Assembly: GCA_964016885.1 (NCBI GenBank)
Contig: OZ024764.1
Span: forward strand, 5,580,001 to 5,644,000
Reading direction: 5' to 3'
Source of the DNA: Eledone cirrhosa
Lineage: Eukaryota
DNA length: 64,000 nucleotides
The notes under the pieces are model-generated. The model saw nothing but the letters and a program-made list of their open reading frames with translations. It had not been told where the DNA came from and did no database searches. Positions 53,785-64,000 of this stretch are shown here, in pieces. The position numbers and the translations under genes are program-made. Each line of letters opens with the position of its first letter. The stretch's first letter is position 1.

Positions 53785-54262
53785 CTACCACTCCCACCCC
53801 TCCCCTCCTTCAAATGCGCGTGCAACCTCCGCCACCTCCTCGTCCATAGCTCCCTATCCCCCCCCCCCCGGTTATCTTCCCTGCTCCAGACCCCACATCA
53901 CCAACACCGTCACCTTCCAGGGTCCCAATGGCCTCTCTCTCTCTGTCTGGCATGCCTTCCACTGCACCTCCTCCAACCTCATCTACGTACTCCGCTGCAC
54001 TGAGTGTGGCACGACCTATGTCGGACAGACCGGACATTCCCTGGTGGATCGCTTCACGGAGCACCTCCAAGACATTCTTCTCAGTGGGAGTTCCCCCATC
54101 GCCCGCCATTTTGGCTCCGCCACACACTCCGCCCACAACCTAGCCATCTGTGGCCTGATTGAGTGCCATGGGACCCCCGACACCCAACTTAGGGCCAAAC
54201 AACGCACCATCTTCCACATAGACCCCCCGCCCAACTTGAACTCCCCACCCCTCTTCCTTTAG
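53785..54262 (+). mobile_element. Penelope-like element fragment encoding a GIY-YIG endonuclease domain
   Basis: FHCTSSNLIYVLRCTECGTTYVGQTGHSLVDRFTEH...PIARHF...H, the PLE GIY-YIG pattern with CxxC between the IY and YVG motifs. No RT upstream. Confidence 0.88.
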
Positions 54263-54875
54263 CCTTCGACCGTCCCCCTGTCAGTGCCCCCATATCAACA
54301 TCACTAAAACACTTCCCCTCCACATCCAGCCACCCCCACATCTACATTGGTCCACCCCACCGGTAATATTACTAACACCACCACCCCCTTCCCCCTACCA
54401 CAGACTCTTTTTTAAAGCCATGTCAGTGGAATGAGCTCCTCCTTCTTGCTCTTGTATTGGCATGTAAACAGAACTGCAGACACTAATGCTTCTTGGTGTC
54501 ACTCTTCATCAGTACACTCCACTGTTTTATATATTCATTTGAACTTTACAACTCTATACTTATTGCTTACAACACGTCATAACTATAGATACTAACATTT
54601 CCTACATAAGCTATTTATAATCCTCTTCCATAAACATCTTTGCCTGTAACTAATTCATCATATAATGTTTACATAACACATACATGCTCTCACTACACTT
54701 TTGTCTCGCCTTATTGCATGCTTTTATTAACATCCTTTGTATGATATAATATTTATAATACTTCTCAATATTTTACTATATTATAAAGTATTATAAAGAG
54801 AGTATATCATACAAATATTTTACTATATTTTCATTGTAATATCATTTTGTTGTTCTTACTGTTCAATATATTAAA

Positions 54876-55972
54876 TTGAGGGGTACTCAACCAGTTTAAA
54901 TATCCTTAAAACTAGTAATAAAATGTATTGAGGGCGCTTTTATGAATTGGAAAAGACAGATTGATAAACGCCGATGGTTTAAAGACCTGATAGTTTTACC
55001 ATTGAGCTTTAGGTAAGAGATATGTTTCTTTTATTTGCCACCAGGGCATCAAAAGTGGGACAAGTACAATGGGGGGAGTTTACAAAACAAGGCGCCCTCA
55101 ATAGGGAGGAGGCAATAACAATATATAAAAATAAAATAAAATATAACAAAAAATAAAATTATAACAAAATCCTCAATAGAGGATTTTGTTATAAAATATA
55201 ACAAAAAATAAAATTTATAACAAAATCCTCAATAGAGAGGAGGCGCCTTGGTGGGGTCGCACACACCCCCGAAAAAAGTGTGCAACCCTTCTCCTCAGGA
55301 GCACAGAGAGGGGTGCTCCCTCGTTCCTTCCTCTTTTCCACCTACAGGCTTATGTAAAGAGAAGGCCCATTCACACGGGCCATTTTCGCCACTTTCACCC
55401 ATCTTTCATAAAAACGACTGGGGTGGAGCACCTCTCTCTCCATCCTGATCCTTCTTCCGAAATGATATCGGAAGAAACGGACCAGTTGTTGGCTATGTTA
55501 TATATGACATCCTACTTATATAACATCTGCCTTATATGACATCCTACTAGTTCTGCGATCAACAAAACAAGAGAATAACTATTTATTTATAACTATTTAT
55601 CACTATCAACTTTTGGTATTGATATAAAAGATCACCCCTTCGATTTCAGTGTGTGTGGGGGGGGGGGGGGGATATTTTGCTGCTCACAACCAACGTGTTT
55701 TTCCAGGATTACCCCCCCCCCCCCAGTATTTCAGTAGTTTATTCTGTTAAGCTATGGTTGTAGTGACTGCCACCTTCAACATGGAGTGAAATATTCGCTG
55801 ACACTGGTGTCATATATGAAGCTTCTATCTCTTACCTAAAGCTCAATGGTAAAACTATCAGGTCTTTAAACCATCGGCATTTATCAATCTGTCTTTTCCA
55901 ATTCATAAAAGCGCCCTCAATACATTTTATTACTAGTTTTAAGGATATTTAAACTGGTTGAGTACCCCTCAA
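54876..55972. mobile_element. Long-inverted-repeat (fold-back/MITE-like) element, copy 1
   Basis: Arms 54876-55022 and 55826-55972 (147 bp, one mismatch seen). Copies at 57194-58291 and 59428-60349. No clear TSD. Confidence 0.75.
55027..55493 (-). mobile_element. 5'-truncated Tx1/L1-like LINE 3' end with TSD TATGTT
   Basis: Minus frame QQLVRFFRYHFGRRIRMEREVLHPSRFYERWVKVAKMARVNGPSLYISL*, then a 3' UTR ending AATAAAAGA. TATGTT at 55021-55026 and 55494-55499. Confidence 0.65.
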
Positions 55973-57344
55973 CAGTTGTTTGTTTACAACGTATGAATAA
56001 AAATAATCATAATCCCATGGTGTTTATTAAATAAATCACGGTATTTCAGTAGTTTATTGTTAAGCTATGGATGTAGTGACTCCCATCTTCAACATTATTT
56101 ACGCATTTTTAATGTTATGTATGCTCACCTGAGGTATCAGGTGATACTCGTGAGGGGTACCTGGTTATTTCAGCACCTTAGTCTCACCTTACTGAGGTGT
56201 CAGGTGATACCCGTGAGGGGTACCTGGTTATTTCAGCACCTTAGCCTCACCTTACTGAGGTATCAGGTGATACCCGTGAGGGTACCTGGTTTATTTCAGC
56301 ACCTTAACCTCACCTTACTGAGGTGTCAGGTGATACCCATGAGGGGTACCTGGTTATTTCAGCACCTTAGCCTCACCTTACCGAGGTGTCAGGTGATACC
56401 CATGTGGGTACCTGGTTATTTCAGCACCTTAGCCTCACCTTACCGAGGTGTCAGGTGATACCCATGAGGGTACCTGGTAAGAAACATTTTTTCTACTCGA
56501 TCTTTTCATGTGCTATCAACTAATCTAATCTCCAATATGCTCGCAATCGACCTTTTACCCAGGACAACGTAGGAGTGAGGTAGGTGTGCTTCCCCTTCTC
56601 AGAGTTTTCGATACGATTTTTCTTTTATCGCTTGTGAAACATCAGAGAGTGGCTCCAGGTTGAGCTGCTACTCTGGATTGAGAGATCACAGCTCTGATAC
56701 TACAGACATGTGGGTAGAATGTCTCAGGAAAGAATCTCTGAATTGAGAGATCACAGCTCTGATACTACAGACATGTGGGTAGAATGTCTGAGGAAAGAAT
56801 CTCTGAATTATATATTCATTTGAACTTTACAACTCTATACTTATTGCTTACAACACATCATAACTATAGATACTAACATTTCCTACATAAGCTATTTATA
56901 ATCCTCTTCCATAAACATCTTTGCCTGTAACTAATTCATCATATAATGTTTACATAACATATACATACTTTTATTTCAGATAATGTTTACATAACACATA
57001 CATGCTCTCACTACACTTTTGTCTCACCTTATTGCATGCTTTTATTAACATCCTTTGTATGATATAATATTTATAATACTTCTCAATATTTTACTATATT
57101 ATAAAGTATTATAAAGAGAGTATATCATACAAATATTTTACTATATTTTCATTGTAATATCATTTTGTTGTTCTTACTGTTCAATATATTAAATTGAGGG
57201 GTACTCAACCAGTTTAAATATCCTTAAAACTAGTAATAAAATGTATTGAGGGCGCTTTTATGAATTGGAAAAGACAGATTGATAAACGCCGATGGTTTAA
57301 AGACCTGATAGTTTTACCATTGAGCTTTAGGTAAGAGATATGTT

Positions 57345-57810
57345 TCTTTTATTTGCCACCAGGGCATCAAAAGTGGGACAAGTACAATGGGGGGAGTTTA
57401 CAAAACAAGGCGCCCTCAATAGGGAGGAGGCAATAACAATATATAAAAATAAAATAAAATATAACAAAAAATAAAATTATAACAAAATCCTCAATAGAGG
57501 ATTTTGTTATAAAATATAACAAAAAATAAAATTTATAACAAAATCCTCAATAGAGAGGAGGCGCCTTGGGGGGTCGCACACACCCCCGAAAAAAGTGTGC
57601 AACCCTTCTCCTCAGGAGCACAGAGAGGGGTGCTCCCTCGTTCCTTCCTCTTTTCCACCTACAGGCTTATGTAAAGAGAAGGCCCATTCACACGGGCCAT
57701 TTTCGCCACTTTCACCCATCTTTCATAAAAACGACTGGGGTGGAGCACCTCTCTCTCCATCCTGATCCTTCTTCCGAAATGATATCGGAAGAAACGGACC
57801 AGTTGTTGGC
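57345..57810 (-). mobile_element. Duplicate of the Tx1/L1-like 3' fragment in unit 2
   Basis: Near-identical to 55027-55493, with the same TATGTT flanks. Confidence 0.65.
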
Positions 57811-59483
57811 TATGTTATATATGACATCCTACTTATATAACATCTGCCTTATATGACATCCTACTAGTTCTGCGATCAACAAAACAAGAGAATAACTATT
57901 TATTTATAACTATTTATCACTATCAACTTTTGGTATTGATATAAAAGATCACCCCTTCGATTTCTATGTGTGTGGGGGGGGGGGATATTTTGCTGCTCAC
58001 AACCAACGTGTTTTTCCAGGATTACCCCCCCCCCCCCCCCCCCCCAGTATTTCAGTAGTTTATTCTGTTAAGCTATGGTTGTAGTGACTGCCACCTTCAA
58101 CATGGAGTGAAATATTCGCTGACACTGGTGTCATATATGAAGCTTCTATCTCTTACCTAAAGCTCAATGGTAAAACTATCAGGTCTTTAAACCATCGGCA
58201 TTTATCAACGTCTTTTCCAATTCATAAAAGCGCCCTCAATACATTTTATTACTAGTTTTAAGGATATTTAAACTGGTTGAGTACCCCTCAACAGTTGTTT
58301 GTTTACAACGTATGAATAAAAATAATCATAATCCCATGGTGTTTATTAAATAAATCACGGTATTTCAGTAGTTTATTGTTAAGCTATGGATGTAGTGACT
58401 CCCATCTTCAACATTATTTACGCATTTTTAATGTTATGTATGCTCACCTGAGGTATCAGGTGATACTCGTGAGGGGTACCTGGTTATTTCAGCACCTTAG
58501 TCTCACCTTACTGAGGTGTCAGGTGATACCCGTGAGGGGTACCTGGTTATTTCAGCACCTTAGCCTCACCTTACTGAGGTGTCAGGTGATACCCGTGAGG
58601 GTACCTGGTTTATTTCAGCACCTTAACCTCACCTTACTGAGGTGTCAGGTGATACCCATGAGGGGTACCTGGTTATTTCAGCACCTTAGCCTCACCTTAC
58701 CGAGGTGTCAGGTGATACCCGTGAGGGTACCTGGTAAGAAACATTTTTTCTACTCGATCTTTTCATGTGCTATCAACTAATCTAATCTCCAATATGCTCG
58801 CAATCGACCTTTTACCCAGGACAACGTAGGAGTGAGGTAGGTGTGATTCCCCTTCTCAGAGTTTTCGATACGATTTTTCTTTTATCGCTTGTGAAACATC
58901 AGAGAGTGGCTCCAGGTTGAGCTGCTACTCTGGATTGAGAGATCACAGCTCTGATACTACAGACATGTGGGTAGAATGTCTCAGGAAAGAATCTCTGAAT
59001 TGAGAGATCACAGCTCTGATACTACAGACATGTGGGTAGAATGTCTGAGGAAAGAATCTCTGAATTATATATTCATTTGAACTTTACAACTCTATACTTA
59101 TTGCTTACAACATGTCATAACTATAGATACTAACATTTCCTACATAAGCTATTTATAAACCTCTTCCATAAACATCTTTGCCTGTAACTAATTCATCATA
59201 TAATGTTTACATAACACACATGCTTTTGTCTCACATAATGTTTACATAACACATACATGCTTTTGTCTCATGCTTTTATTAACATCCTTTGTATGATATA
59301 ATATTTATAATACTTCTCAATATTTTACTATATTATAAAGTATTATAAAGAGAGTATATCATACAAATATTTTACTATATTTTCATTGTAATATCATTTT
59401 GTTCTTCTTACTGTTCAATATATTAAATTGAGGGGTACTCAACTAGTTTAAATGTGCTTAAAACTAGTAATAAAATGTATTGA

Positions 59484-59744
59484 GGCGCCCAGTTTTCTCG
59501 GTCTTTGCTTGACCCAGGATTGCAGCTCGGTGAGTGAGACGAGTCTGGGAAAGGTTCGTCTCACAAACGAGGCCCACACCGGTTGACCGGTGAGGAATAC
59601 GTAGAGGTGCCGTACCCTTAATGCGTGTTTACGCATCATTAGCCACGGCATCCCCAGCCCTCCTTTCGAAGGGTGTTGACAGCAGATGGATCTCCTCACC
59701 ATAGGAGCCCGCCTCTTCCAAAGGAATTGGAAGACTGCGCGCTC
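59484..59744 (-). mobile_element. Internal Tx1/L1-like ORF2 fragment (post-RT region)
   Basis: ERAVFQFLWKRRAPMVRRSICCQHPSKGGLGMPWL..., matching the F.FLW...P..GGLG.P signature of L1/Tx1 ORF2. Confidence 0.75.
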
Positions 59745-60506
59745 CTAAAAGCTTCATATATCACACCAGTGTCAGCGAATATTTCACTCCATGTTGAAGG
59801 TGGCAGTCACTACAACCATAGCTTAACAGAATAAACAGAATAAATGACTCAAATACTGGGGGGGGGGGGGGGTGATCCTCTCATATGTAACATCCTACTT
59901 ATATAGCATCTGCCTTATATGACATCCTACTTGCTCTGCGATCAACAAAACAAGAGAATAACCATTTATTTATAACTATTTATCACTATCAACTTTTGGT
60001 ATTGATATAAAAGATCACCCCTTCGATTTCAGTGTGTGTGTGTGGGAGATATTTTGATGCTCACAACCAACGTGTTTTTCCAGGATCCCCCCCCCCCCCC
60101 CCCAGTATTTCAGTAGTTTATTCTGTTAAGCTATAGTTGTAGTGACTGCCACCTTCAACATGGAGTGAAATATTCGCTGACACTGGTGTCATATATGAAG
60201 CTTCTATCTCTTACCTAAAGCTCAATGGTAAAACTATCAGGTCTTTAAACCATCGGCATTTATCAACGTCTTTTCCAATTCATAAAAGCGCCCTCAATAC
60301 ATTTTATTACTAGTTTTAAGGATATTTAAACTGGTTGAGTACCCCTCAACAGTTGTTTGTTTACAACGTATGAATAAAAATAATCATAATCCCATGGTGT
60401 TTATTAAATAAATCACGGTATTTCAGTAGTTTATTGTTAAGCTATGGATGTAGTGACTCCCATCTTCAACATTATTTACGCATTTTTAATGTTATGTATG
60501 CTCACC

Positions 60507-61790
60507 TGAGGTATCAGGTGATACTCGTGAGGGGTACCTGGTTATTTCAGCACCTTAGTCTCACCTTACTGAGGTGTCAGGTGATACCCGTGAGGGGTAC
60601 CTGGTTATTTCAGCACCTTAGCCTCACCTTACCGAGGTGTCAGGTGATACCCGTGAGGGTACCTGGTTATTTCAGCACCTTAGCCTCGCCTTACTGAGGT
60701 GTGAGGTGATACCCGTGAGGGTACCTGGTTATTTCAGCACCTTAGCCTCACCTTACTGTGGTGTCAGGTGATACCCGTGAGGGTACCTGGTTATTTCAGC
60801 ACCTTAGCCTCACCTTACTGAGGTGTCAGGTGATACCCGTGAGGGTACCTGGTTATTTCAGCACCTTAACCTCACCTTACCGAGGTGTCAGGTGATACCC
60901 GTGAGGGGTACCTGGTTATTTCAGCACCTTAGCCTCACCTTACTGAGGTGTCAGGTGATACCCGTGAGGGTACCTGGTTATTTCAGCACCTTAGCCTCAC
61001 CTTACTGAGGTGTCAGGTGATACCCATGAGGGTACCTGGTTATTTCAGCACCTTAACCTCACCTTACTGAGGTGTCAGGTGATACCCATGAGGGTACCTG
61101 GTTATTTCAGCACCTTAACCTCACCTTACCGAGGTGTCAGGTGATACCCATGAGGGTACCTGGTTATTTCAGCACCTTAACCTCACCTTACTGAGGTTTC
61201 AGGTGATACCCGTGAGGGTACCTGGTTATTTCAGCACCTTAACCTCACCTTACCGAGGTGTCAGGTGATACCCGTGAGGGGTACCTGGTTATTTCAGCAC
61301 CTTAGCCTCACCTTACTGAGGTGTCAGGTGATACCCGTGAGGGTACCTGGTTATTTCAGCACCTTAACCTCACCTTACCGAGGTGTCAGGTGATACCCGT
61401 GAGGGGTACCTGGTTATTTCAGCACCTTAACCTCACCTTACCGAGGTGTCAGGTGATACCCGTGAGGGGTACCTGGTTATTTCAGCACCTTAGCCTCACC
61501 TTACTGAGGTGTCAGGTGATACCCGTGAGGGTACCTGGTTATTTCAGCACCTTAACCTCACCTTACCGAGGTGTCAGGTGATACCCGTAAGGGTACCTGG
61601 TTATTTCAGCACCTTAGCCTCACCTTACTGAGGTGTCAGGTGATACCCGTGAGGGGTACCTGGTTATTTCAGCACCTTAACCTCACCTTACTGAGGTGTC
61701 AGGTGATACTCATGAGGGGTACCTGGTTATTTCAGCACCTTAGCCTCACCTTACTGAGGTGTCAGGTGATACCCGTGAGGGTACCTGGTA
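60507..61790 (+). repeat. 62/63-bp minisatellite (about 20 copies; shorter arrays at 56130-56478 and 58449-58735)
   Basis: Unit GAGGTGTCAGGTGATACCCGTGAGGG(G)TACCTGGTTATTTCAGCACCTTAGCCTCACCTTACT. Confidence 0.96.
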
Positions 61791-61982
61791 AGAAACATTT
61801 TTTCTACTCGATCTTTTCATGTGCTATCAACTAATCTAATCTCCAATATGCTCGCAATCGACCTTTTACCCAGGACAACGTAGGAGTGAGGTAGGTGTGC
61901 TTCCCCTTCTCAGAGTTTTCGATACGATTTTTCTTTTATCGCTTGTGAAACATCAGAGAGTGGCTCCAGGTTGAGCTGCTAC

Positions 61983-63419
61983 TCTGGATTGAGAGATCAC
62001 AGCTCTGATACTACAGACATGTGGGTAGAATGTCTCAGGAAAGAATCTCTGAATTGAGAGATCACAGCTCTGATACTACAGACATGTGGTTAGAATGTCT
62101 CAGGAAAGAATCTCTGAATTGAGAGATCACAGCTCTGATACTACAGACATGTGGGTAGAATGTCTCAGGAAAGAATCTCTGAATTGAGAGATCACAGCTC
62201 TGATACTACAGACATGTGGTTAGAATGTCTCAGGAGAGAATCTCTGGATTGAGAGACCACAGCTCTGATACTACAGACATGTGGTTATAATGTCTGAGGA
62301 AAGAATCTCTGAATTGAGAGATCACAGCTCTGATACTACAGACATGCGGTTAGAATGTCTGAGGAAAGAATCTCTGAATTGAGAGATCACAGCTCTGATA
62401 CTACAGACATGCGGTTAGAATGTCTCAAGAAAGAATCTCTGAATTGAGAGATCACAGTTCTGATACTACAGACATGTAGTTAGAATGTCTGAGGAAAGAA
62501 TCTCTGAATTGAGAGATCACAGCTCTGATACTACAGACATGTGGTTAGAATGTCTCAGGAAAGAATCTCTGAATTGAGAGATCACAGCTCTGATACTACA
62601 GACATGCGGTTAGAATGTCTCAGGAAAGAATCTCTGAATTGAGAGATCACAGCTCTGATACTACAGACATGTGGTCATGTGGTTAGAATGTCTCAAGAGA
62701 GAATCTCTGGATTGAGAGATCACAGCTCTGATACTACAGACATGTGGTTAGAATGTCTCAGGAAAGAATCTCTGAATTGAGAGATCACAGCTCTGATACT
62801 ACAGACATGCGGTTAGAATGTCTCAAGAAAGAATCTCTGAATTAAGAGATCACAGTTCTGATACTACAGACATGTAGTTAGAATGTCTGAGGAAAGAATC
62901 TCTGAATTGAGAGATCACAGCTCTGATACTACAGACATGTGGTTAGAATGTCTCAGGAAAGAATCTCTGAATTGAGAGATCACAGCTCTGATACTACAGA
63001 CATGCGGTTAGAATGTCTCAAGAAAGAATCTCTGAATTGAGAGATCACAGCTCTGATACTACAGACATGTGGTTAGAATGTCTCAGGAGAGAATCTCTGA
63101 ATTGAGAGATCACAGTTCTGATACTACAGACATGTGATTAGAATGTCTCAAGAAAGAATCTCTGAATTGAGAGATCACAGCTCTGATACTACAGACATGT
63201 GGTTAGAATGTCTCAGGAAAGAATCTCTGAATTGAGAGATCACAGCTCTGATACTACAGACATGTGATTAGAATGTCTGAGGAAAGAATCTCTGAATTCA
63301 GAGATCACAGCTCTGATACTACAAACATGTGGTTAGAATGTCTCAGGAAAGAATCTCTGAATTGAGATATCACAGCTCTGATACTACAGACATGTGGTTA
63401 GAATGTCTTAGGAGAGAAT
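61983..63419 (+). repeat. 65-bp minisatellite (about 22 copies; only about 2 copies in units 1 and 2)
   Basis: Unit GAATTGAGAGATCACAGCTCTGATACTACAGACATGTGGTTAGAATGTCTCAGGAAAGAATCTCT. Confidence 0.96.
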
Positions 63420-63927
63420 ATGTGGTCAGATGTTACTGGCAAAACCTCATGTTATCTACTATCAAAGATATATACTCCCATAATTATCTGTTATATATAT
63501 TTATAATATTTGTAAATCTAACTTTAGCTGCAGTATAGCAATTAGTACAATTTGATTTGTTTGAGGCAATCACAAAGCAATGGATCGGAAGTTAGAAAGA
63601 AACATTAAGTCCAGAGTTAAACACCGTAGTTATAAAATGTGACACCAAGAGAACCGACCGAAGGTACAAACAAGACATACAACAAAATAACGATATATAT
63701 TTAAAAGTTTTCATATATATATATATATGTCAGCATATAGGGAGAACACAGAGATATATGTTCAATCATATCTCTGTGTACTTCTCTAGAGCCCGGAATC
63801 TATTCCTTGAGCTTATTAAATTATAGGGGATTAATGGGAGTCTTTAACTCCCTTTTTTAATTTGATATATATATATATATATATAATTCAAAATATTAAC
63901 AAATATAAACATTCGTGTGATCAAGTA

Positions 63928-63994
63928 TATTTTATTATACATATTTCAGAGGTACTGAGCTATCTTCAACAGTACGTCCTCATCAGATAAAATA
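63928..63994 (-). ncRNA. Type I hammerhead ribozyme motif
   Basis: Minus strand TATTTTAT-CTGATGA-GGACGTACTG-(12-nt loop)-CAGTACCTCT-GAAA-TATGTA-T-A-ATAAAATA: perfect 8-bp stem I, 9 of 10 pairs in stem II, intact core, AUA cleavage triplet. Confidence 0.78.
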
Positions 63995-64000
63995 AGATGA

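Larger units (their letters stand above)
54527..63420 (+). repeat. Tandem triplication of a composite ~2.3-kb unit (starts 54527, 56808, 59065; third copy expanded to ~4.3 kb)
   Basis: Each unit begins TTATATATTCATTTGAACTTTACAAC and has the same order: AT-rich block, inverted-repeat element, 62/63-bp array, unique spacer, 65-bp array. Confidence 0.93.

Noticed and set aside
54481-54520. Minus-strand CTGATGA downstream of the GIY-YIG fragment as a hammerhead
   Set aside because: It is followed by GAAG rather than GAAA, with no convincing stem II or stem I. At best a decayed relic.
54876-54900. Mariner assignment for the fold-back element (TGAGGGGTACTCAA terminus)
   Set aside because: Superficial resemblance only. 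There is no TA target duplication on both sides and no transposase.
61983-63419. 65-bp unit as a satellite-encoded hammerhead (CTGATA...AGACAT/ATGTCT stem...GAAA)
   Set aside because: The core reads CUGAUAC, not CUGANGA, stem II does not abut the core, and there is no proper stem I or UH site.
63740-63860. Hairpins (ACACAGAGATAT/ATATCTCTGTGT; GGGAGT/ACTCCC plus T-run) as terminator or miRNA
   Set aside because: Intrinsic terminators do not apply in this eukaryotic context, and the stems are too short to call a pre-miRNA without expression data.

Overview
AT-rich, repeat-dense animal genomic DNA. The SINE/RTE/Penelope/Tx1 repertoire and (CAT)n/(TA)n tracts look like an octopus or other coleoid cephalopod; this is inference from repeat style, not a database match. 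One gene is visible: seven + strand exons (37369-49521) splice in frame into the C-terminal catalytic domain of an M13 (neprilysin/ECE/PHEX-family) peptidase homolog. Its zinc ligands are intact, but the catalytic residues are altered (HExxH reads HKIFH; the H711 equivalent is Tyr). Bases 1-37368 are about 810 copies of a 46-bp satellite whose unit is this gene's own 3' splice junction: branch point, pyrimidine tract, AG and a diverged copy of the first ~16 exon bases. The last copy supplies the real acceptor. The introns and 3' flank hold six more minisatellite families, a 3-kb (TA/TG) tract, a truncated RTE LINE, a hAT MITE with 8-bp TSD, a Penelope-like GIY-YIG fragment and type I hammerhead ribozyme motifs, one of them sense-strand inside an intronic fold-back. 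The 3' end is a ~2.3-kb tandem triplication carrying a long-inverted-repeat element with Tx1-like LINE fragments.
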